This document shows, piece by piece, positions 8,513-18,118 of a stretch of 64,000 bases of DNA. Made by a program: the position numbers and the translations under genes. Source of the DNA: Candidatus Limnocylindria bacterium (lineage in GTDB: Bacteria; Chloroflexota; Limnocylindria; QHBO01); NCBI GenBank assembly GCA_050692055.1, contig JBOGTC010000075.1, positions 4,438 through 68,437 on the forward strand. The letters run 5' to 3'. How positions within the stretch are numbered: position 1 is the first letter of the stretch; the number at the start of each line of letters is the position of its first letter. The notes under the pieces were generated by a model. It had not been told where the DNA came from. It made no database searches and worked only from the letters and a program-made list of their open reading frames with translations.

Positions 8513-9628
8513 CTACGGCCCGAAGCGGACCACCACCAGTCGATCGGCAGCCGATTCGGCGCCCCACACCTCGCCCTCGCGGCCCAGCAGCTGCCGCACC
8601 TGGGCCGGCGTGCTCTCGTGCGCCAGCGACATGAACGTCTCGGTCTGCGGATCGAAGCGGACCATGGCGTTGGCGCCGAAGTCGGTCACCCAGACCGCGT
8701 CGGTCTCGTCGACGTAGACGGCGTACGGCATCGGCGAGTCGCCCGGCAGCGGCCATTCGCGCCAGGACTCGTCACTAGGGTCGTACATCGCCAGGAGCCC
8801 GGCATCCCACTCGGTCACCCACAGCCGACCGTCAGAATCTGGCCAGACGCGGCGCGCTCCCCCGCCGGGGGTCGGCGTCTCGATCACGTCCACCGCGCCG
8901 GTCTCGGTGTCAATGGCACCCAGGTAGCTTCCTGCCAGCGCGCTGAAGTACACGTCGCCGTCCGGCGTGGTCGAGATGCCGTACGGCCCTCCGCCGTCCG
9001 GCGCATCGTAGATGGCAATCTCGCCGGTCTCCGGGTCGAGGCTGCCGTAGATGCCAGCCTGCCCCGTGAACCACAGGATCCCCTCGTCATCGAACGTCGC
9101 GGTGTTCAGATTGGCGTTCGGCGGCGCATCCGCCGGCAGCCGGTGGACGGTCACCGCCTCGGTCTCCGGGTCGACGGTGACGATCGCATTCAGGCCGCCG
9201 TCCGTGATCCACGGCGACCCATCGGGGCCCACGATCACGCCGTGCGGCTGCGATTCGGCGCCGAGCGGAATCTCGCGCACCTCGCCGTTCTGGGGGTCCA
9301 GCCAGCCTAGCCGCCCGGTCTGCTGCGCCACGTACCAGACGCCACCGTCGGTCGCCGGCGCCACGTCGTGCGGCCGCGAACCGGCCGGAACGGCGAATGA
9401 CTCCATCCTGAGCTCGTGCTCCGCCTCGGGCTCCGGACTGGCCGATGGGGTGGCCGACGCCGTCGGGGACGGGCTCTCGCTGGGCGCGGCCGAGGGCGTG
9501 GCTGCGCTCGGCAGCGGCGACCGGGGCACGACCGGCGGCGACGGTTCGGAGGCGGTGCAGGCGGCGAGCACGCCGAGCAGGCACGCGACCAGGCCGGGGG
9601 CGCTGATCGGGCGATGTGCTGGTGCCAT
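8513..9628 (-). CDS. Vgb-family (virginiamycin B lyase-like) beta-propeller lipoprotein
   Basis: 371 aa. Lipoprotein signal (LVACLLGVLAAC), Pro/Ser-rich linker, then repeated propeller blades (GPDGSPWITD, GILWFTGQAG, GDVYFSALAG, GRLWVTEWDAG, DAVWVTDFGAN) typical of Vgb/SMP-30-like streptogramin lyase family. Confidence 0.65.
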   Translation of the reverse strand: MAPAHRPISAPGLVACLLGVLAACTASEPSPPVVPRSPLPSAATPSAAPSESPSPTASATPSASPEPEAEHELRMESFAVPAGSRPHDVAPATDGGVWYVAQQTGRLGWLDPQNGEVREIPLGAESQPHGVIVGPDGSPWITDGGLNAIVTVDPETEAVTVHRLPADAPPNANLNTATFDDEGILWFTGQAGIYGSLDPETGEIAIYDAPDGGGPYGISTTPDGDVYFSALAGSYLGAIDTETGAVDVIETPTPGGGARRVWPDSDGRLWVTEWDAGLLAMYDPSDESWREWPLPGDSPMPYAVYVDETDAVWVTDFGANAMVRFDPQTETFMSLAHESTPAQVRQLLGREGEVWGAESAADRLVVVRFGP

Positions 9629-9731
9629 GCGCCCAGTTTCTCACCCGAACGCCAGCACGTCATGAAGCCACGTGGGGGTTGGCGGCGCCCGTGTGACGTG
9701 CAAGACTGACGCCCCTTTGCGAAGGAGCAGC

Positions 9732-11756
9732 ATGCACGACGACGGGCAGGCGGGTCCCCTCAGCCCCTCGACGATGCGGGCAATGGCGAGCTCGCCGTTT
9801 CCACCCATCGCCGAGTACGGCTTCCTGTCCGACTGCGAGACGACCGCGCTCGTCGCGCCGGGCGGAAACGTCGAGTGGCTCTGCCTGCCGCGCATGGACT
9901 CACCGAGTGTTTTCGGCTCCATCCTCGATCGCGATGCCGGCGGATTCCGGTTCGGCCCGGCCGACGTGACGGTCCCCGCAGATCGACGCTACCTGCCCGG
10001 AACAATGGTGCTCGAGACGAGCTGGGGCACGCCGCAGGGCTGGATCATCGTCCGCGATGTGCTGCTCGTCGGTCCGTGGCAGCATGAGAAGCAGCGCTCG
10101 AAGTCCCACCTGCGCGCTCCGACGGACTACGACGCCGAGCACATCCTGCTGCGCACGGTGCGGTGCGTGAACGGGGAGATGCAGCTCGTCCTCGACTGCG
10201 AGCCGGTCTTCGACTACGGACGCACGCTCGGACACTGGGAGTACACCGAATCCGGCTATTACCAGGGCGCCTGCCGCGCCGATGGCGACCAGCCGCCGCT
10301 GACGCTGACCAGCGACATCCGGATCGGGTTCGAGGGCCCGCGCGCCATCGGTCGCACGCTCATCAAGGAAGGCGAGACACGGTTCTGCGCATTGTCGTGG
10401 GGATCGCGCGAGCCGCCGCGGACCTCCGACGAGGCCTACGGGCGCCTGGTCTGGACGGCCCACCACTGGCAGCACTGGCTGGCGCGCGGTCGCTTCCCGG
10501 ACCATCCCTGGCGGTCGTACCTGGAGCGGTCGGCGCTGACGCTGCGCGGCCTCACCTACGAGCCCAGCGGGGCCATCATCGCCGCCGCCACGACCTCCCT
10601 GCCGGAAACGCCGGGCGGCGAGCGCAACTGGGACTATCGCTACAGCTGGATTCGCGACTCGACCTTCGCGCTGTGGGGCCTCTACATCCTCGGCTTCGAC
10701 TGGGAGGCGAACGACTTCCTGTACTTCATCGCCGACATGGCCAGCGGCGAGGAGGACCTGCAGGTCATGTACGGCATCGGCGGCGAGCGCGTCCTGACCG
10801 AGCGCATCCTTGACCACCTCAGCGGGTACGAGGGTGCCCGTCCAGTCCGCATCGGCAACGGCGCCTACAACCAGCGGCAGCACGACGTCTGGGGCGCGGT
10901 GCTCGACTCGGTGTACCTGCACACCAAGTCGCGCGACCACCTCGACGAGCGCATCTGGCCGATGCTGGTGCGCCAGGTCGAGGCCGCCCTCACCCACTGG
11001 CGTGAGCCCGACCGCGGGCTGTGGGAGGTGCGTGCTGAGCCGAAGCACTTCACCAGCTCCAAGCTCATGTGCTGGGTCGCCGCGGATCGCGGCGCCGCGC
11101 TTGCTCGCCTGCGCAACGATGATGAGCGCGCCGAACGATGGGCCGTCGCCGCAGACGAGATCCGCGACGACATCTGCGCCAATGCGCTCGACCGGCGAGG
11201 CGTGTTCACGCAGCATTACGAGACCGATGCGCTCGATGCATCGGTCCTGCTCATGCCGCTCGTGCGCTTCCTGCCCCCCGACGACGAGCGCATCCGTCGC
11301 ACGGTGCTGACCATCGCCGAAGAGCTGACGGTCGACGGGCTGGTGCTGCGCTACCGGACGCAGGAGACGGACGATGGGCTCCGCGGTGAGGAAGGCAGCT
11401 TCACGATCTGCTCGTTCTGGCTCGTCTCGGCGCTGGTGGAGATCGGCGAGGTGGAGCGGGCACGCCAGCTGGGCGAGAAGCTGCTCTCCTACGCCAGCCC
11501 GCTCGGGCTGTACGGGGAGGAGATCGATCCGCACAGCGGCCGCCACCTCGGCAACTTCCCGCAGGCCTTCACGCACCTGGCGCTGATCAACGCCATCATG
11601 CATCTCATCCACGCCGAGGGCCGAGGCAGCGCGGCGGAACCCAGCCCGGCCGACGAGATGTCCGAGCGCAGCGCCGCCCGGGCCGCACCCGACACTTCGG
11701 GAAATGGCCGCGGCAAACTACCGCAGCCGACCTCATCGCATTCAGCTGACGACTGA
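9732..11756 (+). CDS. Glycoside hydrolase family 15 (glucoamylase/glucodextranase/trehalase-like)
   Basis: ORF 9672..11756 trimmed to ATG at 9732, preceded by GAAGGAGC RBS. IAEYGFLSDCETTALVAPGGNVEWLCLPRMDSP N-terminal motif and (alpha/alpha)6 catalytic region typical of GH15. Confidence 0.8.
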   Translation: MHDDGQAGPLSPSTMRAMASSPFPPIAEYGFLSDCETTALVAPGGNVEWLCLPRMDSPSVFGSILDRDAGGFRFGPADVTVPADRRYLPGTMVLETSWGTPQGWIIVRDVLLVGPWQHEKQRSKSHLRAPTDYDAEHILLRTVRCVNGEMQLVLDCEPVFDYGRTLGHWEYTESGYYQGACRADGDQPPLTLTSDIRIGFEGPRAIGRTLIKEGETRFCALSWGSREPPRTSDEAYGRLVWTAHHWQHWLARGRFPDHPWRSYLERSALTLRGLTYEPSGAIIAAATTSLPETPGGERNWDYRYSWIRDSTFALWGLYILGFDWEANDFLYFIADMASGEEDLQVMYGIGGERVLTERILDHLSGYEGARPVRIGNGAYNQRQHDVWGAVLDSVYLHTKSRDHLDERIWPMLVRQVEAALTHWREPDRGLWEVRAEPKHFTSSKLMCWVAADRGAALARLRNDDERAERWAVAADEIRDDICANALDRRGVFTQHYETDALDASVLLMPLVRFLPPDDERIRRTVLTIAEELTVDGLVLRYRTQETDDGLRGEEGSFTICSFWLVSALVEIGEVERARQLGEKLLSYASPLGLYGEEIDPHSGRHLGNFPQAFTHLALINAIMHLIHAEGRGSAAEPSPADEMSERSAARAAPDTSGNGRGKLPQPTSSHSADD

Positions 11757-11990
11757 CGTCCTGTGGGGCGCCGCTCGATCACGTCACGCGGAGACCGCCT
11801 GCTCGTATCAATGCTCGCCCCCTGCAACTTATCCGAGGTCGAAGGGCGCCTCGAGTCTCCAGGCACTGCTCATATCGGGTCAATGCCCCGTGCGCGACGC
11901 ATTGACCCCGGCTGCCGCGGCCTGTTCCCGCGCTCAGCTCGGTTAAGTTGCATCAGCCGCGCATTGGTGGCATCTGCCGGGCTCGGTCAG
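11757..11990. repeat. Copy B of the ~230-bp duplicated element (see 6284-6510)
   Basis: Aligned by eye to copy A. Begins right after the GH15 stop codon. Confidence 0.6.
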
Positions 11991-12204
11991 CCGGCAGCGT
12001 GGCTCAGCGCGCCGCCAGCCCCGGGTGCTGATGCTCTTAGATCGGGCCGATCCGGGCCGCCACCCTTCGGCATATGAGAGCCGGTGTCTCCTTCTGCCCT
12101 GACCGGCACGCCCCCACCGAAAGGGCCATCGCCATGCGCGGCCGATCGCTGGATAGTGCACGCTGTCCGTTCCAATCGCGTCCATAGCCGCGAGGCCCGA
12201 GCTC

Positions 12205-13128
12205 GTGCCATCTCAATCCCGACCGCTGTACGGCGGCCAGGCGCTCGTCGAGGGCGTCCTCATCCGCAACGCAGACCGCTGGGCCGTGGCCCTGCGCCGG
12301 CCTGACGGCGAGATCCACGCGTACGCGGGAGATCTTCCGACCGTGAGCGGCCTCTGGACGAGGCCGTTCCTGCGCGGGCTCCGCGGCCTGGGCGTTCAGT
12401 TCCGGGTTGGGATGCGTGCGCTGGTGGAATCGTCGACCATGGCCAGCGCCGGTGAGATACGGCCGCTGCCGAGGCTCGCCATGGCGTCGATGGTCGCCAC
12501 CAGCGTGGTGATCGGCCTCCTCATCTTCACCGCGCTGCCGCTGATCCTCACCGCACGGGATGCGAGCGTCGAGCCGACGGTCGCCCAACGGCTCTCCGAA
12601 GGCATGGTCAAGACCGGGCTGCTGGCGGTCTACGTGATCGGTATCACGCGCGTGCCCAGCTATCGGCGCATCTTCAGCTACCACGGCGCGGAGCACATGG
12701 CGGTCGCCTGCGCCGAAGCGGACAGGCCGATGACGATCGAGAACGTGGCCTCCTTCAGCCCCGCCCACCCTCGCTGCGGCACCGGCTTCATCGTCATCCT
12801 CGCGACCGTCGACACCTTCGTGCTCGGCGTCCTTCCGCGGTTCGGTGAGGCATTCGACCTGGCGCTGCGTATCGGCTTCCTGCCGATCACGGCGGCGATC
12901 GCGTACGAGCTGCTGCGCTGGGGCTCGCGGCAGCGAGGCGTCGGCTTTGGGCTCAATCGGTTCGGGCTGCTCAGCCAGCGCCTGACCACCGCCCATCCGG
13001 ATCGCGGGCAGATCGAGGTGGCGATCGCCGCGCTCGAGCTGTGCCGGGCACCGGCAAGGGCCGGCACCAGCGGGGAGGCCGTCAGCGCCGCGCCGTCGGA
13101 GCCCGCAACGCAGTTGGCGCAGGTCTAG
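12205..13128 (+). CDS. DUF1385 (YqhQ-like) family membrane-associated metal-dependent protein
   Basis: 307 aa. LYGGQALVEGVLIRNADRWAVALRRPDGEI N-terminus and HGAEHMAV motif match the DUF1385 family. Confidence 0.65.
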   Translation: MPSQSRPLYGGQALVEGVLIRNADRWAVALRRPDGEIHAYAGDLPTVSGLWTRPFLRGLRGLGVQFRVGMRALVESSTMASAGEIRPLPRLAMASMVATSVVIGLLIFTALPLILTARDASVEPTVAQRLSEGMVKTGLLAVYVIGITRVPSYRRIFSYHGAEHMAVACAEADRPMTIENVASFSPAHPRCGTGFIVILATVDTFVLGVLPRFGEAFDLALRIGFLPITAAIAYELLRWGSRQRGVGFGLNRFGLLSQRLTTAHPDRGQIEVAIAALELCRAPARAGTSGEAVSAAPSEPATQLAQV

Positions 13129-14279
13129 GGGGAGCGAGCGCCGAAGCCGCCTGCTGCCGCTTGGCGGATCGATCCCTCCCGCTTCCGGCGCGCGCGCACC
13201 ACGAGATAGGCGTGCATCAGTTCGCGCACGTCGTCCTCGTGCAGGTCGTCATCGTTGAGGAGCGCCGCTTCGACGCGTCGGGTGGGCAGGATCGGCAGGT
13301 CCGAAAGCCGATCGAAGTAGTCGGCCGCATCGTCGACGTTGGCCACCTCGCGCAGCGCATGGGCGAGCTTGGCCGCGGTCGCCAGCGTCGGTGTCCGGTC
13401 GCCTGTCAGCAGGCGCGATATGGTCGAGTGATCCACCCCGGACAGGGCGGCGAGCTGACGCTGGGTCATCCGCCGCTCACGTAGCCGGCGTCGCAGCCAG
13501 ATGTTGAAGACGATGGCGCCGGCCCAGCCACCCCCCGCCCGCCCGAACTCGACTGCCACCGCCACTCCCGAGACGACCTTGGAGCCGGCGACGACGATCG
13601 CGACCTCCGGCGAGACCGGATCGATGCGCACCATCGGTGGTGGAACCCAATCCAGCGAGAGACCGATCTGCGAGTCCTCGGCTTCGGCCACCTCTACCGC
13701 TTCGGCCTCCGGCGAAGGCTCAGGCAGCGGCGCGGGCTCGGGCTCCGGGGCTTCGGCGGCGGCCGGCGGCGGCGAGGAAGAGAGGCTCGAAGGGGCGACA
13801 AGCCCGCTGGACGTGGACTGAGCCGGCAGCGGCTCGCTCGCCGACTCCTCCGAGGTCTCGGGCCGCGGGGCCGTCGGCGTTGGGGCTTCAGCCGAAGTTG
13901 AGTCGTCGGAAGATGCCACCGGGTCGGCTGCCAGCTCATCATCGACCACCAGGTCCGCCGGCTCGGCGCTCGGCGACGGCTCGGTCGAGGGCGACGGCTC
14001 GGTCGAGGGCGACGGCTCGGTCGATGGCTCTGGCGTTGGCGAGGCCGACGACTCCGGCTCCGGCGAGGCCGATGGCTCGGATTCCGGGGACGCCGACGGA
14101 TCGCCGGGGGGCTGAAGCTCCGGGGTTACCTCAACCTCACCAGGGGTAGTGGCCGCCGCCGCGGGTGCGAAAGCGATGCCCAGCGACAGGGCGAGCGCCC
14201 CGGCGACGGCCATCCGCCGCATGGCGCCCAAGGTTCGGAACGGGCGGATGGATGTCAGAGGAATCGAGTCGCGGTGCAA
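13125..14279 (-). CDS. Long ORF: signal peptide + Pro/Ser/Glu-rich repeat region + TM segment + C-terminal XRE-family HTH. Alternatively only the C-terminal 115 aa (start ATG 13469) is a stand-alone XRE HTH regulator
   Basis: ORF track 384 aa. HTH part MTQRQLAALSGVDHSTISRLLTGDRTPTLATAAKLAHAL. Upstream in-frame part has MRRMAVAGALALSLGIAFAPAAAA signal-like segment, 18-bp tandem DNA repeats (EPSPST x3), and a hydrophobic stretch followed by RRRLRERR. No stop separates the parts. Confidence 0.4.
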   Translation of the reverse strand: MHRDSIPLTSIRPFRTLGAMRRMAVAGALALSLGIAFAPAAAATTPGEVEVTPELQPPGDPSASPESEPSASPEPESSASPTPEPSTEPSPSTEPSPSTEPSPSAEPADLVVDDELAADPVASSDDSTSAEAPTPTAPRPETSEESASEPLPAQSTSSGLVAPSSLSSSPPPAAAEAPEPEPAPLPEPSPEAEAVEVAEAEDSQIGLSLDWVPPPMVRIDPVSPEVAIVVAGSKVVSGVAVAVEFGRAGGGWAGAIVFNIWLRRRLRERRMTQRQLAALSGVDHSTISRLLTGDRTPTLATAAKLAHALREVANVDDAADYFDRLSDLPILPTRRVEAALLNDDDLHEDDVRELMHAYLVVRARRKREGSIRQAAAGGFGARSP

Positions 14280-14463
14280 CGCAGGAGCCCCATGTCGAGC
14301 CGATCGGAGCGGGTACGGGAGTGGCGCCCATCATCCCACAGATGCGCCGGCCTGCCTAGCCACATGTCGCGACGAAAAGGCCATGCCGGTCCTGCCCGCT
14401 TCCCATTGACAGCGGACCTGGACCAGCGGCTAGGCTGCCGTGACGTTGCGGGTGGGACCCGAC

Positions 14464-14958
14464 ATGAAGCTGTCATCGCTTTTCCACGCGGACCCCGAGC
14501 AGGACGTTGCCGAGCCGGCCGCGCCTCCGTTGGAGCCGATCCGCCTCCTCTTTCCCGATGCCCAGCTCTCCGGCTGGGTCCAGCCCAACGGCGAGCGCGT
14601 CACCGACATGCTCCAGCACGGAGGTCCGCTCCGGTTTCTGCCGGCGGGAGCACGCCCCGACGCGTGGGAGCTCATGGAACCCGCGGATCTGCAGGTCGTG
14701 GTACCACCACCGCACGTCAGCCTGCCGGAGCGCCGCGTGCACCGCCAGCGTCACGAGGTCTTCGTCCGCATCGGCTCCTACGTCGTCACCGGGACGGCCC
14801 ACCTGTTGCCGGGCGAGGAGAACGATCCGTACCTGCGCGCCTCGCGGCAGTACCTGCCGATCACCGATGCGATCCTGTCCGTAGAGGGATATACGCCCGA
14901 AGTCCTGGAGACGGTGATCGTGAACCTGAAGCGCGTGGACGAGTTCGAGGTGATCTAG
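14464..14958 (+). CDS. Hypothetical protein
   Basis: ORF 14440..14958 trimmed to MKLSSLFHADPEQD. A TTGACA-N19-TAGGCT promoter-like element lies at ~14398-14430. No family recognised. Confidence 0.4.
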   Translation: MKLSSLFHADPEQDVAEPAAPPLEPIRLLFPDAQLSGWVQPNGERVTDMLQHGGPLRFLPAGARPDAWELMEPADLQVVVPPPHVSLPERRVHRQRHEVFVRIGSYVVTGTAHLLPGEENDPYLRASRQYLPITDAILSVEGYTPEVLETVIVNLKRVDEFEVI

Positions 14959-14961
14959 GCT

Positions 14962-15348
14962 CTACCCCGGGCGCCTCATGCTCTCGGGCGCCGGCTCCCA
15001 CAGCTCGAAGCGGTTACCCTCGGGATCGGTGGCCCATCCGAAGCGCCCCACGCCCTCCATCGTCTCCAGCTGGTCGTCGACGGCCACCCCGGCGCCACGA
15101 AGCTGGGTCAGCATCGCATCCAGGTCGCGGACGCGAAAGTTGAGCATCCACTGCTGCTCGGGGCGGCCGAAGTAATCGGTATCGACGTCGAACGGTGCGA
15201 ACACGGTGGGGCCCTCCTCCTGCCACCATGTCTCGTCACTCTCCTCGGCCATGGGGTTGATGCCGAGGTGCTCCCAGTACCAGCGGGAGAGGCCTGGCGG
15301 ATCCTTTGCGCGGAGGAACGCTCCGCCGATGCCGGTGACTCGTTCCAT
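14962..15348 (-). CDS. VOC (glyoxalase/bleomycin-resistance/dioxygenase) family protein
   Basis: 128 aa. FRVRDLDAMLTQLRGAGVAV...ATDPEGNRFELWE typical of the VOC fold. Confidence 0.65.
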   Translation of the reverse strand: MERVTGIGGAFLRAKDPPGLSRWYWEHLGINPMAEESDETWWQEEGPTVFAPFDVDTDYFGRPEQQWMLNFRVRDLDAMLTQLRGAGVAVDDQLETMEGVGRFGWATDPEGNRFELWEPAPESMRRPG

Positions 15349-15392
15349 TGGTTACAGATTAGCAGTGGACCACCCTTGCGCCGGGGTGTCGA

Positions 15393-15572
15393 TCAGAAGG
15401 TCGTTCGCCTGCTCGGCGCTCGGCCCAGCGCCATGAAGCTCACGGTCGCGATCAACGCGATCGCCAGGATGCCCAGGCCGATGAAGGCCGGCGACAGCGC
15501 GAAGCTGGCCGCGATCATGAGGTGGATGCCGATCGCGATGATGGTCCCCGCGAGATAGCTGGCTGCCCGCAT
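15393..15572 (-). CDS. Small 2-TM membrane protein (59 aa), hypothetical
   Basis: Internal ATG of ORF 15393..15638 with GGAGA upstream. MRAASYLAGTIIAIGIHLMIAASFALSPAFIGLGILAIALIATVSFMAL. Competes with an overlapping + strand ORF. Confidence 0.3.
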   Translation of the reverse strand: MRAASYLAGTIIAIGIHLMIAASFALSPAFIGLGILAIALIATVSFMALGRAPSRRTTF

Positions 15573-15744
15573 CGGTTCATCTCCAGGCTGGGAAGGTTTG
15601 GTGCGAACAGCGTCGCTCGACGGCGATGCCCGGCGCATCGTGCGATTGGGCCACGCCCGCTACGTCATTCGTCCCGCTGGTTGCGCGCGATTCGCTAGGC
15701 TGTACGGCGGGCAAGCCCTGTCACACGAAACGGAGGAGTCTGGC

Positions 15745-16173
15745 ATGAGCTTCGATGTCCTGGGTGAGCTGAACTGGCTCGCCGTGATCGTGGGAGCACT
15801 CATCTACTTCGCGCTCGGTGCGCTGTGGTACTCGCCCATCCTGTTGGGCAGGCAGTGGCAGCGATCGATCGGCTGGGACCCGGAGAAGGCGCCTCCGGAG
15901 ATGAATCCCTTGACCTACGTCGTCCCGCTGCTCGCGTACCTTGTGATGGCGGTGGCGATCGGCCTGCTTGCCGCGTCGACCGGCACCGACGAGATCGGCG
16001 AGGGCGTGACGCTGGGGGTCGTGGTCGCCATCGGTCTGTCGCTGATGCACACGCTGGTCGACGCGACGTTCGATCCGAACAAGCCGCATCCGTGGGTGTG
16101 GTTCTGGATCAACGGCACGTACCACGCGATCGGCCTGATGATCGTGGCTATCGTCGTCTCGATCTGGCGCTGA
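15745..16173 (+). CDS. DUF1761-like integral membrane protein
   Basis: ATG at 15745 after GGAGGAG RBS. 142 aa with four TM helices (MSFDVLGELNWLAVIVGALIYFALGALWYSPILLGRQW...). Confidence 0.5.
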   Translation: MSFDVLGELNWLAVIVGALIYFALGALWYSPILLGRQWQRSIGWDPEKAPPEMNPLTYVVPLLAYLVMAVAIGLLAASTGTDEIGEGVTLGVVVAIGLSLMHTLVDATFDPNKPHPWVWFWINGTYHAIGLMIVAIVVSIWR

Positions 16174-16225
16174 CGCCTATCGGCTCAGTCGTCCTCGCAG
16201 CATCCGAGCATCACTCGCACGCCGA

Positions 16226-16693
16226 CTAGCGTGGCCTGCGCGACAGCTCGTCGACCCACGCCTCCAGGCGGGGAAGGTGCTCGGCGTAGTGCTCCGGTCC
16301 CGCCTTGCGCACCCAGTACGAGGCAGCGGGGGTGATCTCGGGCAGCTGGGCCCAGGCCCGCATCAGCTCGCCGTGGGCGGCGGCCGCCTGGAGATGGACC
16401 GTCTCGAGCGGGATGTCGCGCATGGCCGCGAGAAAGCGCTCGTTCTCCGCGTCGACGTCAATCTCGCCCTCGCGGTAGGTGCCGGCCGCGATCTGGCGCA
16501 GCATCGTCGCGCCGCGGGCCATCCAGGTCCCGATGTGGGCGACCGCGTCCTTGGCGGTCCAGCCCTCCTCGAAGTACCCGGGCTGCTCGGCAGCCTCGGG
16601 CGTGATGCGGTCGATCACGCCGTGCAGACGGTTCCAGGCCTCCGTCTCACCGGGCAGCTCCCGCTCTTCGGTCCGCATGTCCTGTGTCATCAA
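16226..16693 (-). CDS. DinB/YfiT-like or ClbS/DfsB-like four-helix-bundle protein
   Basis: 155 aa. WTAKDAVAHIGTWMARGATML resembles DUF1706/ClbS and DinB_2 families. Assignment by memory only. Confidence 0.45.
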   Translation of the reverse strand: MMTQDMRTEERELPGETEAWNRLHGVIDRITPEAAEQPGYFEEGWTAKDAVAHIGTWMARGATMLRQIAAGTYREGEIDVDAENERFLAAMRDIPLETVHLQAAAAHGELMRAWAQLPEITPAASYWVRKAGPEHYAEHLPRLEAWVDELSRRPR

Positions 16694-16735
16694 CCGATGG
16701 TATCCCTCACTGCAAATCCGCAGGTCTCAGCGCTC

Positions 16736-17431
16736 TCAGGCATCGGCGGACCAGATGGCGCGGTCGTGACCAAAGGCCACGCGATCGGGTCTGAGATCGA
16801 GAAGCCGTGGCAGCCACTCCGGCGTGCTCGGCGCGTCCGGGTAGCCTTCGCGCCGCAACTCCAGGGCGGTGACGGCACGGCCGAACGAGGATGCATCGCG
16901 GAAGCACTGGCCGGCCAGGAGCAGCCGGCCGGCATCGGTCTCGATGGCGACGCTCTGGTGGCCGGGCGAATGGCCCGGCGTCGGCACGACGCGGATGCCG
17001 GGGAGCGGCTCATGCTCCCCATCGCGCTCGTCGTATCGGCCGCCGTCCAGATCGAGCGCCTCGGGGATCGAGTAGTCGGGACCGCGGGCGGCGACAAGCT
17101 CTGCGGGCTGCACAAGGATACGGGCATCCGGGACGTGGACGTTGCCGCCGGCGTGATCGGCGTGCAGGTGGCAGTTGATGACGAGCTCGACCTGGTCGGG
17201 GCTGACACCGAGCCCGCCAAGGGCCTTGGCGATGGGGGTGCGGACGAACTTGAGCTCCTCGACATCGGCCTCCGGCAGGTTGTCGGCGATCCCGGTGTCG
17301 ACGAGGATCGTTGCCTCGGGATGGCGGACCAGCCAGGCGTTCACCACCACCCGCTCGCCCGGCGCGTAGGACTCCGGCGCCAGGAAGCCGCCGAGGTGCA
17401 TGCGGGTGACGACGGACTGCATGGCGATCAT
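16736..17431 (-). CDS. MBL-fold metallo-hydrolase (lactonase-like)
   Basis: HLHADHAGG (HxHxDH) motif, TPGHSPGH, FGHD. Start at MIAMQSVV, whose ATG overlaps the stop of the upstream DedA gene (ATGA). Confidence 0.7.
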   Translation of the reverse strand: MIAMQSVVTRMHLGGFLAPESYAPGERVVVNAWLVRHPEATILVDTGIADNLPEADVEELKFVRTPIAKALGGLGVSPDQVELVINCHLHADHAGGNVHVPDARILVQPAELVAARGPDYSIPEALDLDGGRYDERDGEHEPLPGIRVVPTPGHSPGHQSVAIETDAGRLLLAGQCFRDASSFGRAVTALELRREGYPDAPSTPEWLPRLLDLRPDRVAFGHDRAIWSADA

Positions 17432-18099
17432 TCTGCGCGGAAGCGGGCCACGGTCACGGCCAGGCATGCCGGGCATGCGGCATCGGCCCACTCCGCGTAC
17501 GGACGCGTGCCGTCGTGCCGCGCCCGTTTCGCTTGGGGCAGGGCGGCCCACGCGATGGCGCCCAGGATCGCCAGCACCGCCACGGCCGCGATCACGAGAC
17601 CGATCCCGCCCGCGCTCGCAATCAGCTCGGTGGCCGACGCGCCGAGGACGTAGCCCAGCGCGAAGTGGCCAGCCACGAAGACACCGTTGCCGGCGACCAG
17701 GCCGGCCAGGAAGGTGGCGTACGGAATGGCGGCCACGCCGGCCGCGGCGATGGCCGCGATGCGGATGCCCGGCGTCATCCGCGCCAGCGCCACCCCGCGC
17801 GCGCCCGACCGGCGCAGCCGCACCGCAAGCACTTCGACGCGAGCCTCCCCCACGCCGATACGGGCCAGCCCCGCCAACAGCGGACCCCGAAAGATGCGGC
17901 GCGCGAGGAGGAACTGGACGCTGCCCCCTACATAGCCGACCGCCAGGATCACGGCCAGGGCTGCAACCGCCAGCGGCGGGTCGCCCGCGAGCGCCACCCC
18001 CGCGCCGATCACGAGGAGGTCGCCTGGAACCGGGATTGGAACGCCGGCCTCCTTGACGAGCAGGAGCGCCGCGAGCCCGCCGATCGCCACTGCGTCCAC
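17428..18099 (-). CDS. DedA/VTT-domain (SNARE-associated) membrane protein
   Basis: GTG start (V144 of the track ORF) after GGAGCGGGG. VDAVAIGGLAALLLVKEAGVPIPVPGDLLVIGAGVALAG matches the DedA N-terminal signature. The upstream 143 aa of the ORF is Arg/Pro-rich noise. Confidence 0.55.
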   Translation of the reverse strand: MDAVAIGGLAALLLVKEAGVPIPVPGDLLVIGAGVALAGDPPLAVAALAVILAVGYVGGSVQFLLARRIFRGPLLAGLARIGVGEARVEVLAVRLRRSGARGVALARMTPGIRIAAIAAAGVAAIPYATFLAGLVAGNGVFVAGHFALGYVLGASATELIASAGGIGLVIAAVAVLAILGAIAWAALPQAKRARHDGTRPYAEWADAACPACLAVTVARFRAE

Positions 18100-18118
18100 C
18101 GGTTTGGCCCCGCTCCGT

